A stretch of 63,993 nucleotides of DNA, counting the filler, from Octopus bimaculoides (lineage: Eukaryota), in the NCBI RefSeq assembly GCF_001194135.2. It is 8 parts of 8 records of this genome, joined end to end, with 100 filler letters (N's around TTAATTAATTAA, not from the genome) between each part and the next. Parts side by side here need not be neighbours in the genome. Positions count along the whole stretch, not along the records: positions 15,457 to 27,023 come from NC_068995.1; positions 27,124 to 35,965 come from NC_069002.1; positions 36,066 to 40,530 come from NC_068987.1; 5 more parts are not named here. One strand, written 5' to 3'. The notes under the pieces are model-generated. The model searched no databases. It was not told the DNA's origin and saw nothing but the letters and a program-made list of their open reading frames with translations. Positions 26,535-38,984 of this stretch are shown here, piece by piece (the stretch's first letter is position 1; each line of letters starts with the position of its first letter). A program made the translations under genes and the position numbers.

Positions 26535-26777
26535 GGAGTACTATGCGGTTGTCAGATACCGTTATCCGTATTGGAGTATCTATAACTTCCTCAGTGTAGT
26601 AGAAGTGTAGTAGAGGAGAAACATAACAGGGTAAAAAAACGCAGGGGAACGTGATCTTGTTTCCAGCAGGGCTATTGAGGTAGCTCACCTGATGATGTGC
26701 TGGTACTCAGTTTTGAATGCATCATATTTATTTATTTACATAACATTTCATTTAAAATTATATGGAAAACTCAACAA

Positions 26778-26836
26778 CTTCCGGGTACACTTAACGTAGT
26801 TCTCAGGGAGATTCAGCGTGACACAAAGTGTGACGG
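26778..26836 (-). mobile_element. SINE family C internal fragment
   Basis: gtacacttaacgtagttctcagggagattcagcgtgacacaaagtgtgac is nearly identical to 39764-39814. Confidence 0.8.
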
Positions 26837-28486
26837 AAATATGGGATTAAGAAATAATAATGTTTCTAGAATGGCTGTGCTTATGGTGTTAAGCTACTGA
26901 GCAAGTATTTCCATATAAGACCACAATACCGTCTTCAGAGAGGAATAATTCAGGAACATCCCCAATAAAGTACATTAGGAATTTCCAGTTCAGTCGTCGA
27001 ATCATTAAGGAATATCTATATATNNNNNNNNNNNNNNNNNNNNNNNNNNNNNNNNNNNNNNNNNNNNTTAATTAATTAANNNNNNNNNNNNNNNNNNNNN
27101 NNNNNNNNNNNNNNNNNNNNNNNTATATATATATATATATATATGTTAGACAACTTTACTGTACGTGATCATTCCCACACTTCTATCGACTTGTGGGTAT
27201 ATACATATGCGTGCATGGATATGCATATGTGTCCATTGTATATATTCACCGCTTGATGTTTAAATATAACTCGTTGCAATCCTGAATAGTTATTGTCTGT
27301 GCAGTGCCGCGACATTCCAATTAATGTCTAATTTAAAAAATCTCCAGATATTCACCAATAAGATTTTTATTAATATCATTAAGTGATCTGTCTCGTAGCA
27401 ATTAACTGGTCTTCATTAATCAATGTTCGCTAATAATGTGTTTTCTCTTGTTATTTATTCATTTCATGCATTTAAGTTTTATATTCATAAAGTCATCTCA
27501 ATTTTCCAGGAAAATTTATGCTCTTCAAATTTAAGTGTTCTCTTTGTTTTTCAATTTTTTATTCCTCCATCATTATAGATGTTTTGCGTTTGTGAATCAT
27601 ATCTGTCTGCATTTGGAAGTGAAATCTCCCTCACACCGGGTCAAATTAACCTTTTCATTCATTTTATTTTTTAAATATCCTAAATACTTAATCTGCCGAT
27701 GCCAATTCATTCTATACATTTGTGTAGAGCTAAAGTACAAATCTAAAGATGATGATTGTTTTCAACTTCATTATGATCGACATCATCGCTGTCATCAACT
27801 TTACCACCGACATCGTCTCGTCTTCATCACTTTGGTCGACGTCGTCGTCGTCGTCATCATAAAAGTCACTGTCATAGTCGTCATCATCAACATCATCATT
27901 GTCATCATCCTCATCATCGGTGTAGTCGACATCGTCAAAATCATTAATTTCCCCATCATGATCACTGTCAGCAACAACAGCAAAGTCAACGTCAACACAT
28001 TTACTATTCAATGTCTCATGAACAGACAATATATTTGGTGCCGACATCACAAAATAGATGAAGGTCGTCCAATAAAGTTTGACTGTCAATGGAGATTGTA
28101 CCACCAAATGGAAAATGAAAATCTCTCCTTGCATTGATTTGTACCAGGCACCTGTGTTATGTGTGTTGTTGGAGGAAAACATTACATATTACCTTAATAC
28201 AGGACTAATTAATGGTCACGAGTAATTGCAGCAGCCTTGCTATGCCATGCTATGCTATGGTATGATATATATATATATATATATANNNNNNNNNNNNNNN
28301 NNNNNNNNNNNNNNNNNNNNNNNNNNNNNNNNNNNNNNNNNNNNNNNNNNNNNNNNNNNNNNNNNNNNNNNNNNNNNNNNNNNNNNNNNNNNNNNNNNNN
28401 NNNNNNNNNNNNNNNNNNNNNNNNNNNNNNNNNNNNNNNNNNNNNNNNNNNNNNNNNNNNNNNNNNNNNNNNNNNNNNNNNNNNNN

Positions 28487-29615
28487 TTCCTTTTGCAGGA
28501 TAATCTAGTTGCAACTTCTCTAATTATAGCTCTTCAAACATGAAAGTGTCAAAAAGGAGCATTTTAAACTGCTTTTGATTTTAAAATAAAGGGAACTCTG
28601 CATCTGAACCGATTCGAAATATTCAATTATTGTGTCTTGTAAATGAGAACTTGCAAACGATGGTCTATAAAATTCAGAAGTACTGATTTCAGCCTTGAAG
28701 ATGAGTCTCGAACAGGATGTCCAACTGAATTTGATGACAAGCTCCTTCTGTCAGAACTTGAAAAATATCAAGCAGTTTCAGTTGAAGAATTGGCAAGCAA
28801 GCTTCGTTCAAGCCATACAACTGTTCATCGCGATCTTCAACAGCTTCGAAAGATCCCAAAACTCGGAAAATAAATGCCTCATGTTTTGTCTGAAGCCATC
28901 CTCAAATCCCTTGTGGACATCTGCTTTTTTCTTTGTTCTCATGATCTCATCTCGCTGTTTTTGGACAAATTGGTGATCGATGATGAAAAATGGGTCCCTC
29001 ATCAAAATGTTCAGCATCGTAGACATTGGCGCTCGGTGAAGAGGAAAAGGCCCAACCACAACCGAAAAGCAAACTACATGCAAAGAAGGTTCTTCTCTCT
29101 GTTTGGTGCGATTGCAAAGGAGTCATCCACTTTGCGATGCTACCAACTAATGCAACAATCAATGCTAAAATCTGCTGTCAGCAATTAGAGCATCTGAAAG
29201 CTGCTTGAAACAAAAATGGCCTGCTTTAGTGAAACGGAAGGGAATGGTGTTTCATCAGGACAATGCAAGGCCCCACGCTGTAAAGATAACGTTACAGAAG
29301 ATCGAGGAACTTGGCTGGGAGAAACTTGTCCATTCGTCTTATTCCCCACACCTTGTTCCTTCAGATTACCATTTATTTTGTAGTTTACAGAATCATTTGG
29401 ATGGATTAACTGTCGAAACAACTGAGTAAGTCGGATCTGACTTTTCAGAGTTCGTCTCTTCGGAACCGAAAGAGGTTTTCACTAATGGGATCACAAAGCA
29501 TACGAGATGGAATAACCATGGAAACTATATTGAGGATTAAGATTCATTAAAATGTAAGATCTGATTACTTGTTTTCCTTATTTAAAATCCAGATATTACT
29601 AATGGGTTGACCTGA
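28487..29615 (+). mobile_element. Mariner (DD34D) DNA transposon; 5' end lost in the gap
   Basis: Transposase pseudogene inside. 3' TIR-like end aaaatccagatattactaatgggttgacctga followed by TA/(TA)n; (TA)n also precedes the upstream gap. Confidence 0.92.
28540..29540 (+). pseudogene. Mariner transposase pseudogene (frameshifts and stops)
   Basis: HTH region (FSLEDESRTGCPTEFDD...VSVEELA), linker K*MPHVL (the WVPHEL motif), D1 IDDEKWV, D2 HQDNARPH, D3 YSPHLVPSDYHLF. 34 residues lie between D2 and D3. Confidence 0.93.
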
Positions 29616-30669
29616 TATATATATNNNNNNNNNNNNNNNNNNNNNNNNNNNNNNNNNNNNNNNNNNNNNNNNNNNNNNNNNNNNNNNNNNNNNNNNNNNN
29701 NNNNNNNNNNNNNNNNNNNNNNNNNNNNNNNNNNNNNNNNNNNNNNNNNNNNNNNNNNNNNNNNNNNNNNNNNNNNNNNNNNNNNNNNNNNNNNNNNNNN
29801 NNNNNNNNNNNNNNNNNNNNNNNNNNNNACGTATGTATGTATGTATATACAATTGAAAACGAAGAGCAGGATGGAGATTTATTCACATCCAAATCATTTT
29901 AATTAAAAAGATTTCTACAGCATATATAACAATGACCAACATATTTTTCTACTACACCGACTGCACTTTGCTCTTTATGTAATTATGCACCCTAATCGAT
30001 ACAACTTCATCATGAAGTAATCACTGACTACATTTTCAAAGTGAACTACTTTTAAAGAAGCTTCCTGCGTTAATATTCACTTGAAGGTGATAGCGTTACG
30101 TTGTAGAAGTTATGTAAACTGTCATTGGTTTTACGAAAAGCGTATCGGCGAAGCTGTGTGACAGTCTTCAATGGCTCAGTTTACGAAATAGGCCATTGTA
30201 CTTCTCTTAAATGCTATATTATTATTTTGGCTGCTGTGTTGCAGAAACTTCAATATGCTGAGACAAACACAACGTTTTTTAAGGCTTCCTGTGTTACATA
30301 ATGGGAATAATATGGAATTAAATTTATGCGACTTCTCTTCTCACAGATATAAGAAACTGAAACCTAAGAGAGGAATCAGTTAATACTTTATTCCACAGAT
30401 TACAATTATGCGCAATACTGTCCTGTTGAACAAATTCCCTCTTGACAGAATACTATTGGAAAATATATCTCTATTGGATTATGCATGAGACAATACCACT
30501 GAAATTTCCAGAATCCATTAATATTTTATATGAAATAATGATTTCAGTCGCTAAATATAATTAATTCACAGTTACTTTTCCGATATTTATATATTTAAGA
30601 TGCGCTTGTCGTTTTCTGATGACTGTAATGTCGTAAGGTGAGAAACAGAAGAATTTGTTACGAAATATT

Positions 30670-30735
<66 letters not shown>

Positions 30736-30749
30736 GCGTGAGTATGTGT

Positions 30750-30781
<32 letters not shown>

Positions 30782-31921
30782 CCGTGCGATAGCGTCTGTA
30801 TAACCAGATATTTCTTTCCTCTTGAGAAACATTTAAGATATCTTAACATTGTGATGTTAAATACTCAAAATGGTGGATTTTCTTTAGTGCTCAAACAATA
30901 TTTTTTATTGGATCTCTGAAAGGCTTTTCATCTTCTTCCTCCTCTAAACCGCAATATTCTTCGTGCTTCTTCAACTACGTCTTCTTTCCTTTCCCCGTTA
31001 CCTTTCCTTCTATCTCAGCGTTCCTGTCTTCTAATACCATTCTAATTTATCATCATTTTGCGATGGTGAAATGAAAAAAACTCTCAATAACATCACCACA
31101 TTCACACTGATTCTGAGTTTGAAAGTTAGCATATTTCCATTTTTAGGATAATTTTACAATTTTTACATCATTTCCTTATGTTTTAATTCATATATGTGTA
31201 CATTGTCTTATGACAGTGGTGGCTCATGGTACATGTCTGTCTATCTTCCTGGCTATCTCATCTCTTTGTATTTATATGTGTGTTTGTGTGCCTGCGTCAT
31301 TTCACGCGAAGAGAAGTAGAAAGACGAGAGAAGGAGAGAGGGAGAGAATTAGAATCACCATAAACGTCTTTGGCGCAAACTTGGTTTTAAATGCCTGATC
31401 GTACTCTGCCACCCATTTTTGGTACCAAAGCTATGGTATATTTCATTTCTTTGTCACCTTTTACCATTTCTGCGTTCAATGGCCTATCAGTAATTAGATG
31501 TTCCTTACTCTTCCAGCAATGTCCAGCCAAACGAACTACTAATTTTCTAGAATGAAGCACAAACTACAAAAAATTATGTCGAAACAGATAGTATATATAT
31601 ATATACTTTTCATAATGAGATAAAAAACCAAGGGTGTGTATAATATGCAACAGTTATAAAAAGCTGTAAGACCTATTTATAATTGTTCTCTATTATACAC
31701 AGCCTTGCTTTTTTTTTTTATCTCATTACGAAAAGTAAATCCATATATTCAAACGCTGATATATGACTTACGTTGGCCCCCTTATTCGCATAATCTCCGA
31801 ACCTGGAGCTTATCTATATCTACCCATAGCACTTACTCAGCATTACCTGAAACCTCTGGGTCTAATTGGCATCACCATCGCTCATAACCTCTCTCTATGT
31901 GTGTGTGTGTATATATATATA

Positions 31922-31977
<56 letters not shown>

Positions 31978-32594
31978 TAAATTAATTAAAATACAAATTC
32001 ATTGAACATGCATTACTTAACATCGAATTAAATATTCGTTGAAAAATATAGTAAGATATTTCTAGAAAAATCTCGGAGGATGTCAACTAATAAGTAATGA
32101 GTATTCTCTATATTTACAATTATTTTGTGCTCGTTAAGCATTTTTTTTTTTTTTTACCTTAACTTTTAATAAGATATTGTATTTTTATCGTATATCTGTT
32201 AGCGTTAAACACATCATCGAACACAACAAAAATATTTAAATGTTCTATTTTCTTTATTGGTTATAGAGATATTTACTATGTTCCCACAAGAATATTTATT
32301 GACAGTCACTTCGAAGAATCGGCCAGCTTAGCTGTCTCCGACTGCATTGCATTGCAGTTAATCTTGACTCTATATATACTCTGTTCAGTTAAAATCTTCC
32401 TTGAGTTTGTGGATTTAAGTGGAATGGTAATTAATGTATTGGATAAGTTGTGAGAGGGGGCTTGGAGGAATTTTTATTGAATAATTTTGAGGTTATTGTT
32501 TGGGATTTATTCATAATTTTGATTCTTTAATTCTTTTAACTGCTGATATCCTTTTGTCGAACCAACTGACACCAAGACATATTCTTGCTAATAT

Positions 32595-32918
32595 TCTTTG
32601 TAAGGCTAGTACTTATATTATTGGTCACTTTTACCGAACCGCCAGGTTACGGGGACGTAAACACACCAGCGTCAGTTGTCATGTGGTGGGGGACAAAAAC
32701 AGACACACAACAAGCATATTTATACACCCCCCCCCCACACATATATATATATATATGAGAGGGTTCTTTCAGTTTCCGCCTACCATATCTACTCACATGG
32801 CTTTGGTCATCCCGAAACTATAGAAGAAGACATTTGCCAAATGTGCCAAGCAGAAGAACTGAACACGGAACCATGTGGTTGGGAAAGAAGCTTCTTACGA
32901 CACAGCCACGCCTGCGCC
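32595..32918 (-). mobile_element. SINE family B, near full length
   Basis: Reverse complement gives head ggcgcaggcgtggctgtgtcgtaagaagcttctttcccaaccacatggttcc, the internal microsatellite and the 3' gtttacgtccccgtaac segment. Confidence 0.85.
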
Positions 32919-33049
32919 TATGCCGAACTCCTTTATGAGGTGTGTATATTTAGGTGTGCACTCGTAATATGAAGGGATTGTTTTTTTAGTGCTTCACAAA
33001 AAGGACGTAGTTAAGTCTAAGATGTGCCAGTAGTTGTAGTTATCTTCGG

Positions 33050-33509
33050 TTTCATTGTATGGAGTTAATCCTTTGTTTTAACAAGGTAAATGTCAAAGGT
33101 TTAATTTTTAATCTAGTATCTAAAATTAAAAAATTGGATGTGTCAACTTTTTGTAATGGGTCTTTTAGGAGTTCACAAAAGAATAAAAGCAGGTTGTATG
33201 CTTTAGTTGGTCAGATTCTTTACCTGTGTTTCTTGTTATTTAGGTTATCCCCTGTTAGTATTTGGAAGGTGAGGGTTAGTACCATGGTATGTCAGGGTGT
33301 TTGTATGTATAGGCGTTTGTTTATTTTCTGCTTTGATGTTCACAAGAGGATGTGGATGAGTGTAAAGATTTTTGGTTAGTATTTTCCTCTCTAATGAGTA
33401 ATTGTTCGAAAAATAATTGGATTAAGTAAACATTTTAACCTTTGTGTTTTATGGATGAAGGGTTTTGGGGCTGTCCTCAATTCCTCTTAGAACCTGGGTA
33501 TTGTATAAT

Positions 33510-33510
<1 letters not shown>
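33050..33510 (-). mobile_element. Possible decayed LINE ORF2 C-terminal fragment
   Basis: Strand-asymmetric composition. The minus frame gives TLIHILL*...LTFQILTGDN...KAYNLLLFFCELL, reminiscent of the LINE CCHC 'TL.HIL..C' tail. Weak. Confidence 0.3.
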
Positions 33511-33925
<415 letters not shown>

Positions 33926-35842
33926 AATATATATTTATGTGCGTGCATGCAGGTGTTTGGAGTTGCTTAAGATAATATTTGGTGCAGTGTTTGGTTGGAT
34001 ATAGCGAACGGAGGCACGCGCTCACGCTCACACACACACATGCACATATACACACGTACACACACACGCATACATGCGCATGAAACCACACACACAGAGG
34101 CACATACCCACAGAGGCATATACCCACAGAGGCACATACACACATCTGTACGTAGAACAGAAACAATTTGCTCTATGCAATAATGTGACAGGTAGTTATT
34201 TTGTCCCCTTATGAAGGGTGACTCAAGATGCCATAGGGGGATATTAGTTTGCAGAAGCTGACGCTATATACAAATTCAAGCTGCTGAAGCAGTTTCAGAT
34301 TCTAGTGATGTGTCTAGAATTATATTTAAGCAGTTAGAAATTGCTGAGTGTGTCCACAACCTATCTTTACATGCGCTAAATTTATTTATGCTTCAAGAAT
34401 AGAATTTGCCAATTTTTGTTTAGCACGCATCTTAGTATATGTTGCGTGATGCATTTGTATGACTGTCCTATAATTACATAAGCTGCACGGTTGAGAATGG
34501 ATTATTGAAATGAATGAGGTACGATTGCATATTTACTTGAATATTAATCCGAACATTCATGATGTGTAGGATGTCAACGAACTCATAAATTGTCGAAATA
34601 AACAAAATTTAGCATCCACAAAAATAATACATTGTTTTCTAAATAGAATATATAAATAATGATTATAATATCGAATATGGTCTTCTTCATTTTATTAAGA
34701 AATATATTTTACAATAAAAATATTTTTATATGAGTAGATTTAGATATTATGGTTAATAGAATTATACAATTATAGGAATATCAGATATGATTTTAAGAAA
34801 ATCATCAATAAATGTAATTTTATGGCTAATTTAAATCTTTGATGCCTACTTCAAAATAATTTTATTGGCAACAGGTGTATACAGATGCAGGTGTATCCCA
34901 TCGTATAACTGATATGGTAATGTCTCATTTTCTTAAAGCTATTCTCTGTGATAATAGCTCGTGCATAAGGAAAAGTAGAAGATTCATGCCTTTCCTCCAG
35001 GCATTAACGGGATAACGAAAATTGAAATGATTAAAACAGAGATTGAACAAACTTCACATTTTAAACTTCAATGGAAATCTCTTCATATCCTATGTCTCTT
35101 ATATCTCCGATAAAGATGGATATTACAAAGGCAAAGCTCCTAGTAACTGGTCTGAAAATTGACACGTATCCAAGTATTCAAACTTTGTAGTTCTAAAGAA
35201 GGGTAGAACTTATCAGAGAATCTGTCAAATCAGATAATTCAATTGTGAAACTTCAGATCAGCAATTTTAAATCTTATTTCTGTTAAACAACAATGCTGAA
35301 GTCTCATGTTTATCTAGTAATGTATCATGTCTGAGAAAATATCTTATCAGAGAAATTGAAATAAAAGTAATTATACTCTTGATACAAAACAAAATGAGAG
35401 AAATAATTTACTATGTGATAATACATTATTATTAGGTAACTAGATATCAATGGGACATTACAATAAAATCTATCAACTAAGGCGTTATCACAAGACGTAC
35501 ATTTATTTCGTTTGTGTTAGTTATATGAATTCAATAGAAAGAGGGCGGCGACAAAATAAATAGCTTCGATGGTGTATTGATTGAATAAAAGCGCTAGAAG
35601 ATAAGAACATTTATCTATCGTTTGCGTTTATCTCTCAATACACCAACTATCGGTCGAAAGCCCAAAACTAAATAACGTCTGCTCGTACATACAATTTATG
35701 CGCCAATGTAAATATAAGATATAAGTTTGAATGGATGCTTTATTTGTATATATATATATATATATATATACGTGATTAACCATGTAAATGTGAAACAAGG
35801 TGGAGAAAAATAGTACTCGAATAACGGAGTTAGAGCAATACG

Positions 35843-35948
35843 CTTTATTATTAAAGCTGCAAAAACATCACAGAAACTGCTACTCGACCTTCACGTGAAA
35901 CTCCGAGTAGCAGTCTGTTTTAATGCTTTTGCAACTGTAATAATAAAG
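35843..35948. repeat. Imperfect ~106-bp palindrome (foldback), possibly inverted ends of a Penelope-like element
   Basis: Left arm ctttattattaaagctgcaaaaacatcacagaaactgctactcg pairs with right arm cgagtagcagtctgttttaatgcttttgcaactgtaataataaag. Perfect core ttcacgtgaa at 35890-35899. Confidence 0.85.
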
Positions 35949-36065
35949 TGTATATATATGTATATNNNNNNNNNNNNNNNNNNNNNNNNNNNNNNNNNNN
36001 NNNNNNNNNTTAATTAATTAANNNNNNNNNNNNNNNNNNNNNNNNNNNNNNNNNNNNNNNNNNNN

Positions 36066-36104
<39 letters not shown>

Positions 36105-36379
36105 CATACATACACACAATGTGTATTTGCCCATGCCCGTTGATTGCTTGCAAGAAAACAAATGTCTGTACACGTGTGTATTCATGTGCATTTGTGTGTA
36201 TGCGTGTATATGTATCACTATGAGTGTGTACGTGTGGCACACATGGTTTGTCTGTATGAGCGTGTGTTTGTATCGTCATGTTTGCTTGTGTGTGGTTTGC
36301 GTATATATGTGTGTGTGTGTATGTGTCTTCGTGCACTTCGTATCTGCGTGTTTGTGTTTGTGTGTGTTTGTATGATGTA

Positions 36380-36468
<89 letters not shown>

Positions 36469-37313
36469 NNNNNNNNNNNNNNNNNNNNNNNNNNNNNNNN
36501 NNNNNNNNNNNNNNNNNNNNNNNNNNNNNNNNNNNNNNNNNNNNNNNNNNNNNNNNNNNNNNNNNNNNNNNNNNNNNNNNNNNNNNNNNNNNNNNNNNNN
36601 NNNNNNNNNNNNNNNNNNNNNNNNNNNNNNNNNNNNNNNNNNNNNNNNNNNNNNNNNNNNNNNNNNNNNNNNNNNNNNNNNNNNNNNNNNNNNNNNNNNN
36701 NNNNNNNNNNNNNNNNNNNNNNNNNNNNNNNNNNNNNNNNNNNNNNNNNNNNNNNNNNNNNNNNNNNNNNNNNNNNNNNNNNNNNNNNNNNNNNNNNNNN
36801 NNNNNNNNNNNNNNNNNNNNNNNNNNNNNNNNNNNNNNNNNNNNNNNNNNNNNNNNNNNNNNNNNNNNNNNNNNNNNNNNNNNNNNNNNNNNNNNNNNNN
36901 NNNNNNNNNNNNNNNNNNNNNNNNNNNNNNNNNNNNNNNNNNNNNNNNNNNNNNNNNNNNNNNNNNNNNNNNNNNNNNNNNNNNNNNNNNNNNNNNNNNN
37001 NNNNNNNNNNNNNNNNNNNNNNNNNNNNNNNNNNNNNNNNNNNNNNNNNNNNNNNNNNNNNNNNNNNNNNNNNNNNNNNNNNNNNNNNNNNNNNNNNNNN
37101 NNNNNNNNNNNNNNNNNNNNNNNNNNNNNNNNNNNNNNNNNNNNNNNNNNNNNNNNNNNNNNNNNNNNNNNNNNNNNNNNNNNNNNNNNNNNNNNNNNNN
37201 NNNNNNNNNNNNNNNNNNNNNNNNNNNNNNNNNNNNNNNNNNNNNNNNNNNNNNNNNNNNNNNNNNNNNNNNNNNNNNNNNNNNNNNNNNNNNNNNNNNN
37301 NNNNNNNNNNNNN

Positions 37314-37537
37314 ACTCTTTCACCACAACTTTCTCTCACTCTTTCTTCCTGTTTCTGTTGTACCTGTAATTCAAAGGGGCCAACCTTGTCACACTGTGTC
37401 ACGCTGAATATCTCCGAGAACTACGTTAAGGGTACACGTGGAGTGCTCAGCCACTTGTACGTTAATTTCACGAGCAGGCTGTTCCGTTGATCGGATCAAC
37501 TGGAATCCTCGGCATCGTAAGCGACGGAGTGCCAACA
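37314..37537 (+). mobile_element. SINE family C, 3' half (5' half in the gap)
   Basis: Nearly identical to the reverse complement of 39661-39890. Confidence 0.9.
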
Positions 37538-37702
37538 CTACTGTTGTTAATGTTTGCATATGTTATGTTGTTTTTATTGTTCAATAGTAGTGTTTGTTGC
37601 TGTTTAACTCCATGAAAACAGAAAGAACAGACAAGCCTATGATCCAAGACGTGACCATCTCGTCTCCTTTCTGATATATCCTGAAACCAGTACCGTTAAT
37701 AT

Positions 37703-38050
37703 TAGGCGCATGGCCTCAATGCCGTCTTAGCAGTATTGTAGACCCCCTCACAGGCAATTCCATGTGCTGGGCCCTATAGTATTTATGTATTGAGAGCAAG
37801 CTGCACCAAACATAGATCAGATTTGGGCCTTTGCACCTGTCAAGCCCCTGGGCAAGAGCCCAGTGTGCCCATGATTTAAGACGCCATTCCACGGCCTAGT
37901 GGTTAGGGCGATGGATTGACGATCATAATGTTATGAGTTCAATTCCTGGGCCGTGCGACTCGTTGTGTTTTTTTTTATTTCATTCCATTTTGATCCATTT
38001 TCCAGTTTACTCACCTGTAAATGAGTACCAACCAAGTGATGGCATAACCC
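37703..38050 (+). mobile_element. tRNA-derived SINE family D, interrupted by a MITE
   Basis: Removing the MITE restores ggcgcatggcctagtggttagggcg...gagttcaattcctggg (A and B boxes), followed by ccagtttactcacctgtaaatgagta (CORE-like). Confidence 0.7.
37717..37889. mobile_element. hAT-like MITE (173 bp) nested in a SINE
   Basis: TIRs caatgccgtctta / taagacgccattc. 8-bp TSD catggcct (37709-37716) / cacggcct (37890-37897). Confidence 0.8.
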
Positions 38051-38254
38051 GTCCTTTTCTTCCAACTGCTACATCCTGAATGTGCCGCTGGGTTGAATGT
38101 GAGAGAACGTAGAGGGTGTCTATACCTACTTGCAACGACACATAAGCACCTAAAACAATTAGTGAAAGCACGGTACATATTTCCAGACCTTACACCTGCT
38201 TGTTAGTGACGATTAAACGAAAACTGCATTATCTAACTTGTCTTGTCTTTCTTA

Positions 38255-38945
38255 GCTTTCACTCGTGTGATTGAAGGAGATTACGCTACTATTTCTAGCT
38301 GTTCCATCAGCCACACATTGGTGACTATAGATGTTGCTTAATGACCAGGACAACCTTAAGGGAATAGACCTAAGATTGGAAGCTCTCCAATCGTGATCAT
38401 CTCGTATTTTTATGTATATTTATGACTACATTATATAAAGATATTCTTTCTCTTTTAGCTTATTATAATATGATTTGAGGGAGATCTGGCTGCTGTTTCC
38501 GGCTGGTCGAACTTATATGTCGGTGATTCTAAATGTTTTTTAATCCCAAGATCTGGTGCTTTCTAGCCGTAACCATCTATTTCTATGGGTATTTAGGACT
38601 ACATTATCTAATATATCCTTCCTTTTATTTATAAGTAAGTGTGGTGTAATTTCCGATAGATTTGGCTGCTTTTTCTAGCAAATCATGCTATCAAGTATTG
38701 GTTGCTATAGTTGTTGATTAGCCTATAGTCAACACTGATGAAACAGTCCTATGATATTAAGCTTTCTAGCTGTGACCATCTCGACATTTAGGGATATTTT
38801 AGAACTTCATAAACTGTATCCTTCCTTTTGTAATTTGGTAATGTGTGATTTGAAGAAGACTTAGCTGTTATTTCTAACAGATCTAGAGATTTCCTAGAGG
38901 TTCCTTTAGTAGTAATAGCAGCTAGTAGCAGAAGCAGTTATGGAG

Positions 38946-38984
<39 letters not shown>

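Noticed and set aside
27730-28182. 150-aa Asp-rich ORF resembling a biomineralisation protein
   Set aside because: The acidic part is a decayed (GAT/GAC)n repeat open on both strands; the flanks are not recognisably protein-like.
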